DNA of 63,087 bases, filler included, from Octopus bimaculoides (GCF_001194135.2; 7 parts of 7 records of this genome joined end to end with filler, not necessarily neighbours in it); one strand, 5' to 3'; shown: positions 26,016 through 38,260, counted from the first letter of the whole stretch. A program made the numbers and translations. Notes: generated by a model not told the origin, from the sequence alone.

Positions 26016-26046
<31 letters not shown>

Positions 26047-26360
26047 TAAGAAGCTTTTTTACTAAATGCATTGTATTAACAATTATTTAATTATATATTT
26101 ATTTAATTAACTAATTAAAATAGATATACTCTTAGTAATTAAGCAGAAACATATGTCAGAAAATTATTTATTTATATGGATAGATAAATAAATAAAGGAT
26201 TATTATATGTTTCCATTGTCTACCTTATTACATTTTCTCAGGACCTACTACCTTGCGTATTTTAACTGGAATTAATACTGTGTGGTCAGAACTAAATTTG
26301 AGACTGAATTGATTTCTACCTGGAATTGTCTCCCTACTTTGTTATATATGTGTGTGTGTG

Positions 26361-26393
<33 letters not shown>

Positions 26394-26519
26394 NNNNNNN
26401 NNNTGTGTATATATATATATACATATACATATATACATACATATATACATGGATTCTCGGATGTCAAATCAAGTCTAGCACTTATTTGAATCTGGTACTA
26501 ATTATATTCATCATCATCA

Positions 26520-27670
26520 TCATCATTTAACATCTGTTGTTAAATTTGGCATGGTTTTCTATGGATGGATGCCCTTCCTAATGCCAACCACTCCAAGAGT
26601 ATAATGGATGTTTTTACATGCCACCAGCATGGATGCCATTTGTATGACACCAGTATCTGCCATGACTGTGATTTTGCTCAGCTTGATGGGTCTACTCAAC
26701 CACGACATAATGCCAAAGATCTTGGTCATTGCTTCTGTAAGGCTCAACATTCGAAAGGAACTCGGCCACTTGGCCTCCGTGAGGCCCAGCACTCAATAGG
26801 AGCTCAGCCACTTTGCTTCCATGAGGCCTAATGCTCAAAAGGAACTCAGCCACTGTGCTTCTGTAAGGCCCAATGATTGAATGGGACTCAACCACTTTGC
26901 CTCTGTGAGGCCCAATGTTCAAGGTTGATTTTTTTATGTGCCACCAGCACGGGTGCGCTTGGCTCGATGACTCCTCTTAAGCAGTGCACATCACCAACGG
27001 TCTTGCTCACTAGTCATTTCTTCTGTGACGCTCAAAGTTTGAAGATCATGCTTCACTACCTCATCCCATGTCTTCCCAGGTCTACCTCTGCCACGGGTTC
27101 CCTCCACAGTTAGAGATCGGCACTTCTTTAAACAGCTGTCCTTGTCCATACACATCATATGACCCTACCAGTACATTCGTCTCTTTTGCACACCACATTT
27201 GATGCCTCTTATGCCCAACTTTTCTCACAAGACACTTACACTCTGTCAAACATGCACACTGACATTGCACATCCAGCGAAGCATATTGGCTTCATTTCTC
27301 TCAAGTCTTCAGCTGTTATAACCGATTTTTCACTTCCATACAGCATAGCTGTTCGCACACAGGCATAAAACAATCTGCCTTTCACTCTGAGAGAGAGGCC
27401 CTTTGTTGCTAGCAGTGGTAGGAGCTCTCTGAACTTTGCCCAACTTAATCTTATTCTCATAGCTACAATTTCAGAACTTCCACCTCAACTACTAACCTGA
27501 AGCTATTTACTACCTCTAGTATGCCTATGCATCTTCCACATACAAAAGTTAATTTCTCTGTTAACCTTCCTCTGATGTTGCTGCACCTTTTGTGTGTCCA
27601 GAGCTTACACTGGGTGCATCTTATGGAGTTTCTACCTATACCTTTTCTACAGATTGAGCAGGACCATCTA
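26520..27670 (-). mobile_element. RTE-clade LINE 3' fragment with PHD-like zinc finger and 42-bp tandem repeats
   Basis: GRWSCSICRKGIGRNSIRCTQCKLWTHKRCS, IRLSWAKFRELLPLL..KGLSLRVKGRL.YACVR.AMLYGSE; homologous to 23060-23660. Confidence 0.85.
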
Positions 27671-28779
27671 CCTGAGGGGATTTGTGATCATTATTTAACA
27701 AACCACTCAGTTGCGAGATGGAATGAAACACAATATAGACAATAGATGCAACTGCACATGCACATGTACACATATACTCACTATAGTTATGTATATGTTT
27801 AGCATGTCTTTTTTCAGAGTCAAACATTAGAAAATAAATAAAAAAAGTATAAATTTATTTAAAAACATATGAAACTTTTAAAATTGACGAAAGTAATTTA
27901 AGATGTGTGCAAATATTTCATATGACAGTAGGTAATGTGAACAACTGACAATATACATCTGGGCTGCATTAAAAGTACCAAATCCTTATTATTCTCAAGG
28001 TCGTCTAAACCCACCGTTTGTGTGTGAAACAGTGAAATTCTCTCTGGATTATCGTCGCCATTCTCGTATAATGAAAACTTTTCACCATTTTCAAGAAGTC
28101 TATATTCTTCAGGTATTATATACCCGCTTCTTCCGGTTGGGATTGGAGGGAGCTTGGCTTTTCTTTTGCCCCCAACCTCTAATATTGCGAGACAAATGCA
28201 ATGATTTTGGCATCAGTAACAATGCATTATCATCTAAACTAGATGAAATTTCTGCAATTAACGACCGTGCAGAAGTTTATGAATTAGTGGCTGGTGATTT
28301 CAATTTCATTTTTGCAATGCAAACTTTTGGTTTTGAAGGATGAGGAGGATGGCAATGCTCACCAAATGTTTTTACATAGAGATAAATTCTCATTTTCTTG
28401 CACAGTATGCACTCTTTGTTTACATTCTCTATTTTCATATTTCCAATATGTTTTTCACCATATTTTCTGCCTCTGCTAGTTCCCACTTGAAAGACCATTG
28501 TAATGGGTTGCCTACACAAAAAAATATTGACAAATGAATAAAGAAATTTTAAATGAGTTAAGAAATTACTTTACCCCTTCTTATTGGTTGAAACAATTAT
28601 ATACCAAGGGGTTCCAATTCATCTTTTGTCTTGCAGCAAACTTTCCTACAGCCAAAAATCCTGAGATGAATTTTCTTGCGGCAAAAATGTTAGCAGCAAA
28701 CTTTCCAAATATGAATAGGCTTATCTCTCAACTACCATATTTGTTCATTGCAGGCAAACTAATGGACAGAATCAGAAAA

Positions 28780-29687
28780 TATTGGATCGTCCCATAAATA
28801 ATGCATTTTTTTTCAGTTGCATGAACAAAAAGTCAGAGGGGGACAGGATCAGTTTGCTATAAAGGCAGGAAGTAATTTTACCTTGTTCTTATTCTTAGTG
28901 CAGGTTTTGAAGAGTGCAGTTTGATTTTAACAGTTATTTTTTCAAAGCTATAATGGAAGTGACAAAGGAGCATATTCAGCATATTTTGCTTTATGAATTC
29001 TATAAAGGCAACAACGCATTAGAAAGGGTGAGGAATATTAATGCAATATATGAGTATTGAACAATAAGTGTAAGCCAGTATCAATGGTGGTTCTAGAAAT
29101 TCCAAGTTGGAAACTACAGCCGAGAAGATGAGCCTCATCTTAGAGAATCTGTAGAGCTTGACGAGGACATCCTGCAAACCCTGGTAGAACAAAATCCCAT
29201 CGTAACTGTTGAGGAACTAACAGAGAAGCTTGGGTTTGGTCACTCACCCATTCATCGGCACCTGCGGGCCATTGGAAAAGTCAGCAAATTGGATCAATGG
29301 GTTCCTCACTAACTTTCCGAGTTTAATCATGCAGTCACATACAGTGAGGATGACATTCCAAAGACTGGAGCAGTTTGAATGGGAAACGATGCCCCACTCA
29401 CCATATTAGCCAGACATTGCACCATCTGATTATCATTTATTTCGCAGTCTTCAAAAATCATTTGGACAGAAAAAATATGAGTTCTGTAGACCAGGTCAGA
29501 ACAATACCAGAGGAGTATTTTTTGTGAATTTTGGGAGAGGGGTTATGCAAGTCTACCAGATAGATGGAAGAACATTTTAGAAAATGAAGGAGAGTATATT
29601 TTAGATTACAAAATAACTTTGTTTATCTTAATTTTGAAAAACAAAACAAGTATAAAAAAAACACATTACTTGTGGGATGACCCAATA
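28780..29687 (+). mobile_element. Mariner (DD34D) deletion derivative with both TIRs and TA TSD
   Basis: TA|TTGGATCGTCCCATAAATAATG and CATTACTTGTGGGATGACCCAA|TA. ORF from ATG 28953 reads MEVTKEHIQHILLYEF...LRAIGKVSKLDQWVPH, then PHSPY.PDIAPSDYHLFRSL; the catalytic core is mostly deleted. Confidence 0.92.
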
Positions 29688-30349
29688 ATTCAGAAGAATA
29701 ACAATGATGGGCCAATCTCTCAACTACTGTATTTATTAGGCAAACTAATGGACAGAATCACAAAAATATTCAGAAGAATAACAATGATGGGCCTATCTTT
29801 CAGCTGCTGTATTTGTTCATTGCAGGAAGACTAATGAACAGAATTACAAAATAATTCAAGAGAATAACAATAATAGGCCTATCTCTCAACTACTATATTT
29901 GTTCACTGCAGGCAAACTAATAGACAGAATCACCGAACATAAGTACCAGTCATGTACTGGGGTCAATGCAATTCACTTATATACTCCCTTCAAATTGCTG
30001 GCCTTGCGCCAAAATTTGAAAGCGTATTCAGACGGTTTCCAGTTCTTCATCTCAGCTAACTTTCTCTCAACTACAACTTTAATCATTTTGCTTTCCAACG
30101 CCACCAACATATCAAGAAATTCCTGAAAACAAGAGCAATGAATAAACTGTTAAATTTAGCTCAAACATTGTAGGGACACAAATCTTTTAATTATCCTTTG
30201 CATAATTATGTATTAATTTAGTTGTCCGTTGTTTAATTAATGGCCTCATAATTCCTATTTATGATTATAATTCATGTAATTATCTACTAATTAATAATGT
30301 TTTGTTTTTTGGTGTTATATGAGAACTACATGGGAATATCTGCTTTATA

Positions 30350-30485
30350 AAGAGGCTGTATCAGAACCACATGGTTCTGGATTCAGTCCCAAGTATGGCA
30401 TCTTGGGTAAGTGTCTTCTATCATGGCCCCGGGTCAACCAAAACCTTGTAAGTAGATTTGGCAGACAAAAAACATAAGAAGCCTG
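30350..30485 (+). mobile_element. CORE-type SINE family C2
   Basis: AACCACATGGTTCTGGATTCAGTCCC...CATCTTGGGTAAGTGTCTTCT...GATTTGGCAGAC...GAAGCC. Confidence 0.75.
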
Positions 30486-30568
30486 TTGTGTGTGTGTGTG
30501 TGTGAGTAATATATATACACACACAAACATAAATAGACAGATGGACAGACAGATAGATGGACAGCTAC

Positions 30569-30602
<34 letters not shown>

Positions 30603-30603
<1 letters not shown>

Positions 30604-30870
30604 TTTACATTATCTACATTTGACGGATATTCGTCCTCATCTTGTTTGTTGTTAACACAACGTTTCGTTTTCTGATATACCCTCCAGCCTTCGTCAGGTG
30701 TCTTGGGGAAATTTCGAACCTGGGTTCTCATTCCTATCGATGTTACTATTATTATTATTATTATATTATTATTATTACTATTATTAATCAGGTCGCTGCC
30801 GTGAATCGAACTCGGAACCTTGAGGTTAGTAGCCCGCGCTCTTAACCACTACGCCATATGCCCGTGGGCA
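30603..30870 (-). mobile_element. tRNA-headed SINE with hammerhead-bearing tail (family H), copy 1
   Basis: A box TGGCGTAGTGG (30846-30856), B box GAGTTCGATTC (30803-30813), (TAA)n spacer, then tail GACAC-CTGACGA-A-GGCTG...GAAACGTT-GTGTT. Confidence 0.8.
30654..30702 (-). ncRNA. Minimal type I hammerhead ribozyme motif, stem II damaged
   Basis: GACAC CTGACGA A GGCTG GAGGGTATAT CAGAAAAC GAAAC GTT GTGTT. Confidence 0.5.
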
Positions 30871-31026
30871 ATTATGGGGTGAATTTTAAGGCTTATAAAT
30901 CTATTATTTTTCTATCCTTCCTCAATACCGGTTCCCATATGCTATTCATATCTGCACTCAGTCTGCTTAGGAGGTTGTTGTGTCCTAGCATATGTGCTGC
31001 TTCTTTTAGTTTTCGTATTTTCCAGT

Positions 31027-31126
31027 NNNNNNNNNNNNNNNNNNNNNNNNNNNNNNNNNNNNNNNNNNNNTTAATTAATTAANNNNNNNNNNNNNNNNNN
31101 NNNNNNNNNNNNNNNNNNNNNNNNNN
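31027..31126. other. Artificial scaffold-joining linker 3
   Basis: 44 N + TTAATTAATTAA (31071-31082) + 44 N. Confidence 0.97.
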
Positions 31127-31377
31127 TTAGTTTTGTTTCTCAATGTTCACCACTCAAATCTTACCAGGATTGATAAAAACCATCAAGTTCCTATCAAGTA
31201 CTGAACTTGATTAAAAGACATCTTCCTGAATCCTGGGCCTTTGTCACATATTATCATTGTTATTATTATTGTTGTTGTTATTGTCAAGACAGTGAGCTGG
31301 CAGAATTGTTAGAACATCAGGAGGATTGCTTCATGGCATTTCTTCAGGCTCTTTACATTCTGTTCTATATTTAAGAG

Positions 31378-31560
31378 ATGAGGAATTATGTACATTATTT
31401 ACAATTGACGGATATTTGTCCTCATCTTGTTTGTTGTTAACATAACGTTTCAGCTGATATATCCTCCAGCCTTCATCAGGTGTCTTGGGGAAATTTTGAA
31501 CCTGGGTTCTCATTCCTAAGGTATTTTTTGATGTTACTATTATTATCATTATTGTTATTC
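31378..31560 (-). mobile_element. Family H tail without head, inverted and abutting copy 3
   Basis: Reverse complement of 31640-31800; contains HHR motif 31439-31484. Confidence 0.8.
31439..31484 (-). ncRNA. Minimal type I hammerhead ribozyme motif
   Basis: GACAC CTGATGA A GGCTG GAGGATATAT CAGCT GAAAC GTT ATGTT. The core is intact; there is one stem I mismatch. Confidence 0.55.
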
Positions 31561-31800
31561 CCACGGGCATATGGCGTAGTGGTTAAGAGCGTGGGCTACT
31601 AACCCTAAGATTCTGAGTTTGATTCCAGGCAGTGACCTGAATAATAATAGTAATAATAATAATATCGAAAAATACCTTAGGAATGAGAGCCCAGGTTCGA
31701 AATTTCCCCAAGACACCTGATGAAGGCTGGAGGATATATCAGCCGAAACATTGTGTTAACAACAAACAAGATGAGGATGAATATCTGTCAAATGTAAATA
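31561..31800 (+). mobile_element. tRNA-headed SINE with hammerhead-bearing tail (family H), copy 3
   Basis: A box 31572-31582, B box 31615-31625, (AAT)n spacer, HHR motif 31712-31757. Confidence 0.82.
31712..31757 (+). ncRNA. Minimal type I hammerhead ribozyme motif
   Basis: GACAC CTGATGA A GGCTG GAGGATATAT CAGCC GAAAC ATT GTGTT. Stem I GACAC/GTGTT and stem II GGCTG/CAGCC pair; stem III has a G>A change. Confidence 0.55.
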
Positions 31801-31809
31801 ATGTCTTTA

Positions 31810-32870
31810 CATTCTGAACTCAAATGTCACCAAGGTCAAATTTGCCTTTCATCCTTTTGGGTTCGATAAAACTAAGTACCTGACAAGTACGGGGTGGGGG
31901 TGGGGTCAATGTAATTGACTTACTCCCTCCCCTTCAAAGATTGCTGGCCTTGTTGTTGTTGCTGCTGCTGCTGTTGTTTGGACATTGAGTTGGCAGAACC
32001 ATTAAGAGTGGTGGCACTTTACTTTCTGAGTTCAAATCCTACCAAGGTTAACTTTAACTTTTCACCTTTGCACCTGTCAAAAGATACCAATATTAAGACT
32101 AATTAAAGCAGCAAGCTGGTAGAATTGTGAGCATAGTAGACAAAATGCTTAGAAGCATCTTGTCTGACTTTATGTTCTGGGTTCAAATTCCACTATGGTT
32201 GACTTTGCTTTTCATCCTTTGGGGGTTGATAAGATAAATACCAGTTGAACACTGGGGTTGATGTCATCAACTTACTCCCTCCCTTAGAACTGCTGGCCTT
32301 GTGCCAAAATTTGAAACCATTATTATTATTGTGGCAAAGGAGCTTTGGTACAGAGAGTAAGCAAGCTAACCTCGAATCTTCCCTACAGTACCACTTGCAT
32401 AGTATTTGGGGGTTTTTAGTTCAAACCTTACTGGGTTTACCACCTTAACTTTAATCTGTCTTAGGATTAGTGAAATGTGTAAGTGGCTGGAGATGGTTCC
32501 ATTAATTATATTGTCTAGCTTAATCACCATAGCAACTGGAGTCAGGTAAGAGACTGTCACCAGCAGACTTACTGGATACCTTGTAGTGTTTAGTTTACAT
32601 GGTTTACTGTAGTGAATATTGTCACAGTTTGATAATGCCTTTCTTAGCTCGGGATGGGGGTGGAATGTTCATAAAATGAGTATCAGTAATATACCGGGGG
32701 AGGGTACATTGAAACAACTATATTCTCTTAAATGTGGTCCATACTTGATCAAATTCATCCTTTTGGGGTCGATATAAGTACCAGTTGAGTACTGGGGGGG
32801 TTGATGTAATTGACTAGCCCCCTCCCCCAAATTTCAGGCCTTTTGCCTATAGCAGAAATTATTATTATTA
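31810..32870 (+). mobile_element. Cluster of degenerate SINE family M copies
   Basis: Repeated TTTGC.TTTCATCCTTT.GGGGT.GATAA...AGTACC motifs at ~31840, ~32205 and ~32755. Confidence 0.8.
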
Positions 32871-33557
32871 TAAGCAAACGAAATTGTTCTTATTGTTGTC
32901 TACTAGTACAAGTGAGTGTCACAGGGCAAGAAATATGTTGAGAGAAATGTGGTTTTCATTACAAATTGAAGCCACTCCATTTATATCACAAATGCCTTTA
33001 GGGAAGGGCATGAACATCAGAAACTCTCCATTTTCTCTCTTCATCAATATAAGGCCTTAAGCTATATTATTTATCAATATAATAGTAATGTCTGTTAGCT
33101 GGTGGTACCATGTAAAAGTTGTGGAGTGTTTGTGACCTGTCTCTTAATTCCCTTCCTATGTCTTTGGAAAAGGCTGAATTGTCTCACAGTTTCCTTGTTC
33201 TCTCTAAAGCTTGTAGGACATCAATATTATCAATTCCTTTGTTAGTAATAAAACTCACAGAAATTATTCTGCAACAAGTTTTTCTTCTTTTTTTCGTTCT
33301 CTGCAAAATGTTAAACATTTTAGAACAAACTTTCTTTCCCAGCGGAGTTATCTGCCCCTGTTCATGTTCGGTGATCTACAATTAGTGAATTGATCAGGAT
33401 TATAATTAATGGTTGCATCTACCTTGCTTCCTACATGTTGTCATGCACATTACAACATCCTGTGTTTATTTATTTGTTTCCTAAGTAAAAAATGGTTTTT
33501 GGTTTGATAAAATGTTTTATTTTTTTAAATATGACTTTGTGACATCTTTTGTTTCAA

Positions 33558-33764
33558 CCCTTTAGCAGTCAGAATAGTTTGTCTAATGTAATGCTTATTT
33601 ATTCACTCTGTTTTGAATTACTCTTGCATTGAGATTATGCTGATGTACTTGTTTATTTTTAGTATGATATTGTAGGGTAGGTGTGAGAAGCTGAATATGG
33701 CCAGTTTGAACATAAAACAGGTAGATTATTTGGGCTGGATATGGCCAGTTTAAATTCTAAAGGG
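33558..33764. mobile_element. piggyBac-type MITE
   Basis: TCAA|CCCTTTAG ... CTAAAGGG|TTAA inverted termini with TTAA-type TSD. Confidence 0.75.
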
Positions 33765-34611
33765 TTAAACCTAAATAATTTGATATATGACATTGTTGTA
33801 TATGTATACGACAAAAGTCAGATATTTTCTAGATGTTATATTTTGTGCATTGTCTCTGGTTATTGTTATATTTCTTATGTCACATCTTTGGATATTTCCT
33901 AAATAACATTACATCTCTTACTTTTAATTGGACATTGCCCTGATGACGTGTCATATCTTATGTCATGTCTCTGGATATCTCTTAGATGATTGGTGTTACA
34001 TTTTGATATGTTATCTTTTCCTTGACACGAAATTATATAAATTATTAAATAGTAAATTAGAGGTGGTGCCACATGTTAAAATATCTGAGTAGTTCTGTGA
34101 GAGACATTTTAGTAAAGACACTGCTACTGTTATTATTTGTAGTTGTTTGTTTGTCCTCTCCAAGACTCAACCAGCTGATGTTCAGTTGTAAGAATATATC
34201 GTGTTTGTTGTTGTTTGAAGCAATAAAGCATCATGTCAACAGTCTTCCGTCCATTTTGCAGATCAGAACTTTCTGTTTCTTTACCAAGAATCGGTTGAGT
34301 GGGGACTTTGTAGTAAATGGACTGCAGTGGAGGTAGAAGAGTGTCTCTCTCTGCTGTAAGAATTGGTTGAAAGGACGGGTGGTTCCAATCACATTGACAT
34401 CTATGGTACTTATTGTATTGTTACCACTCAATCCCAGCTTTCCTCCTTCTCAAAACAAAGCTAATGCAGAAGATTTAATACGACTGAAACATGTCTTGAA
34501 ATCATACGATTGATCATTAATGACTGCATATCAGGTAGGTCACCACCATTGCTCTTGGTAGGTAACAGCCTCTGTTGATCTTGTTTCTCATCTCTGTTAA
34601 TCTCCTTCCAG

Positions 34612-34745
34612 AGATTGCCATGGATACAATGCAAACTGTACCCATATATCAAGCAACACTGTTTTCTTTGGTTTTGTACACTGGCAGCTATTGTCCGTTT
34701 CATCAATTGACTGTTAATGGTAGTTCACTTGTCAATGGGGAGAAA
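34612..34745 (+). CDS. Candidate exon, unknown product
   Basis: Acceptor TTAATCTCCTTCCAG|, donor AAA|GTAGGT; (E)IAMDTMQTVPIYQATLFSLVLYTGSYCPFHQLTVNGSSLVNGEK. Confidence 0.35.
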
Positions 34746-37700
34746 GTAGGTAGATTCAATGTTTAGTTTGTGTTTTCTAAATTGTATTTATTAATAAATC
34801 TGACATCCGTTTATCCTATCCACCTCAATTGGAATTATATATATATATATATATATATACAAAAGTTTAGTATTTCAAGTTTAAGTAAACAAAATGTTAT
34901 TGTTTAAAAAACTTGTTATAATAATTATTTCTTTTTAAAAGCAAACAAGAAGGCAATGATATCTTTGTCAGGCTGCTAACAATCACTAAAGGAACTAAGC
35001 TCAAAAAGGAATTTTTTTTTTTACATTTTTAAAATTTCACACAGAGCTGGATTTAAATAACAAAAAAAAAAAAGGGAAACATTCTATATTCATTTAAGTT
35101 TATAAACAAACATACCTTTCAATTAAAATACTCTATAGTAATAATACTCAGATGGAATGATTGCTGAAGTAAAATTTGGTCTTTTATGGAAACTACTAGG
35201 AGTGGTTGTTATTATTATTATTAAAGATATGTTGAAAACTGTGTGTTTGTTGTGTTATTTACTCCAAAGTTCACCTCAAAATCTCTCAAACCAGATTCTT
35301 ATCTGTTCGAAACTACATCATACAAGCTGTTGACTGTGGGCTCTTTTAATATTGAACTGGATAAAGCTACACCACAAATGCCATTTTTTTTTTTTAAATT
35401 TCAAATTAATCTGAAAATAGCCAGCAATATTAAATGTTCTCTAAACTTGTGGTTCCTCATTGATTTTACATTCATTTTGAAACGTTAGGTGGTAAGATGG
35501 ATTTTGTTAAAGCAATTTTTTTCTTTTTTTTGATTAATTATTAAGCAGTAATGGAACCTGCTGTTAGCTTGAGGCAATCAAAGTTACGTGGTTTTCTTAC
35601 AAACACACCATTATTGCTTTAGAGTAAGTTTTGAACACCTTAAATTCACATCCATTGATTTCTACTTACTTTGTGTGTGTCCATGAAGAGAGCACAGCTG
35701 CTATGAAACCCCTAGCTACCCAGGGTCATGATCCTGGACAAGTCAGAAACTCACAAATTGCAGTTTGTCAGTTTTATTTAATTATTATTTGACATTATTA
35801 ACAGATATTTGTAAACAAATTAATAAGGTGTAAAAGGCAGAGTGGAACTGATAATTTAATAGTGTAAAGGAATATAAAATACTGGAAATTTAATTTGTAA
35901 TTAATGAAACGGTGAAATAATAATCTTGATCTCCTGTTGATTTGGAATGTGAAAAGAGGAAGAGAAATGTTTGTTTTTAGATAACTTTTTTCCTTTAGTT
36001 ATTTAGAATTTCCAAATACATTCTTTTTGAAGTTGAAGATTTAATTTTCTTTCTCAAAAATTATTCAGTATAATGGTTAGACATGCAAATATTTTTGAGT
36101 TAAAAATTTAAAATAAGTAATAATAAAATTATAGCTCAACTAAAATTAAAACTTTCTTTTTTTTATTAAAATGTGATTGAATATTGATAGTTAAATGAAA
36201 ATATATATTTTTTTTATTTCCACGAAGAGAAAGGTCTGGACATTTTGAAGCTTTCTCACACATTCACATTTTACTTGGAGATTATCAGGAGGAAAAAAAA
36301 AAAATCTTGAATATTTTCTTATTGCAAATTGAAATTTCAAATAAAAATATTCTTGTTCTACATTGGAAGCCGTCAATGTGAATTACTTGTGAAGTTGTCT
36401 CTTTCAAGAAAAAATAATTCAATGCTAAGATTTCATTTGAAAATATGTGTAGGATTGTTAGAAACATCTGTCAACAGTATATATACATATAATAAAATTA
36501 TCGTATATAGTGCTCAAGCGCACAACTCATCAGAAAAAGGAGCCAAAAGTACATGAACAGTACACGAGGAAATAACAGAATTGCTTTGGAGTGGAACATC
36601 AGGTGTACTAGTAGTGAATTTCAGGAAGCATGGATGTTATGAACGATGTAATGTCCTGACAGCTAACAACTGATGTAAGTAGGCAGAGATTTGACTGAAA
36701 TTTCTAACAGGTTAAGCAACCATGTACAAGCTTCTTCCCTAGCTCTTGGGACAACACTTATGGAGGATGGAAATTCTGGTGAGAAATGATTGGTCAAAAT
36801 CAGTAAAATTTTGCTGCATTCACCAATGTTACTGAAGGAAAAAAGACAAAAAAACAAAAAACATTTGTTCAGCAACAAAACCTTGGAAGTAACAATTGTT
36901 TTTATTTAAAAAAATATACACGACTTGATTGAGTCATTTATATTGAAGGAAAAAAAAAAAATACCAAACCAAACATTCATAGAAAAGGAAAACCCTTGAA
37001 ATAATTCAGATAAGCAACAGTTATACAAGAATAAATAAAATATATATAAGCAGTCTGTTCATTTCAGTTTAGTTTAATATATTGTTCCCAATTTACGACC
37101 ATTATATTTCTTATCAATGGATAACAAAAATAATTCTGTGAGGAATGCCCAAGAAGAATTGAAGAAAAGTGAAATTTAGTTACGAATTAAATTCCATTTA
37201 TAGAATCCTCTGTAAAAGTGATAGGCACAACAAATGTTTTGTTTTTGATTAGGTTTTCCAAACCCTGTAATTAAAAGAAGACAGGTCTTAAAAAAAGGAA
37301 ATACAACTGGAATAATAATAACAATCAGACAAATACATAACCACAACATCAAGACTTAAAAGTGTATATAACATACAAAAAATAGCACTACTAAGTTCTG
37401 CACACACCCTACGTAAAGCCCTTTCAATACAGTGAATATAACAACACTACAACATACCACGGCACATACCCAAGGCATACAGAGCTGCACTCAGTACTGC
37501 AGTGAAAGCACATGATAAAGATAATAATAATAATNNNNNNNNNNNNNNNNNNNNNNNNNNNNNNNNNNNNNNNNNNNNNNNNNNNNNNNNNNNNNNNNNN
37601 NNNNNNNNNNNNNNNNNNNNNNNNNNNNNNNNNNNNNNNNNNNNNNNNNNNNNNNNNNNNNNNNNNNNNNNNNNNNNNNNNNNNNNNNNNNNNNNNNNNN

Positions 37701-37948
37701 NNNNNNNNNNNNNNNNNNNNNNNNNNNNNNNNNNNNNNNNNNNNNNNNNNNNNNNNNNNNNNNNNNNNNNNNNNNNNNNNNNNNNNNNNNNNNNNNNNNN
37801 NNNNNNNNNNNNNNNNNNNNNNNNNNNNNNNNNNNNNNNNNNNNNNNNNNNNNNNNNNNNNNNNNNNNNNNNNNNNNNNNNNNNNNNNNNNNNNNNNNNN
37901 NNNNNNNNNNNNNNNNNNNNNNNNNNNNNNNNNNNNNNNNNNNNNNNN

Positions 37949-38260
37949 TGGCACAAGGTCAGCAATTTCAGGGAGGGGGTAAGTCGATTACATTGACCCC
38001 AGTGCTCAATTGGTACATATTTTATCAACCCTGAAAAGGATGAAAGGCAAAGTTGACCGAGCGGAATCTGAACTCAGAACACAAAGACAAATGAAATGTT
38101 GCTAAGCATTTGACCCAGCATGCAAACAAATTCTGCCAGCTCTCCACCATAATAACTCTTTCTACTGAAGGTACAAGGCCAGAAATTTTATTGACCCCGA
38201 AAAGGTGAAAGCCAAAGTCGACCTTGGTGGAACTTGAACTCAGAATGTAAGGACAGACAA
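37949..38260 (-). mobile_element. Two adjacent SINE family M copies
   Basis: GGATGAAAGGCAAAGTTGACC...GAACTCAGAA repeated at ~38040 and ~38205. Confidence 0.85.

Larger units (their letters stand above)
25330..28713 (-). mobile_element. Mutator-like element (MULE) with ~220-265-bp TIRs and transposase remnant, carrying nested SINE and RTE
   Basis: 25330-25595 and ~28495-28713 are inverted copies. Minus strand ~27900-28330 encodes SARSLIAEI...LMPKS..LSRNIR...AP..P..IPEEY..ENGEKFSLYENGDDNPERISLF...(D)GTF..SPDVYCQLFTL, typical of MULE transposases. TSD not resolved. Confidence 0.7.

Noticed and set aside
26741-26924. CRISPR-like array (also the 86-bp repeats)
   Set aside because: Contiguous degenerate tandem units without unique spacers, in eukaryotic TE context.
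28020-28343. 107-aa plus-strand ORF
   Set aside because: Antisense to the MULE transposase remnant.
31565-31637. tRNA gene call (also 15247-15320 and 30790-30868)
   Set aside because: A and B boxes are present but no complete cloverleaf or acceptor stem is seen, and each is followed by SINE body sequence.
30603-31800. Family H copies at 30.6 kb and 31.4-31.8 kb as one large inverted structure
   Set aside because: They are separated by linker 3, so they lie on different scaffolds.
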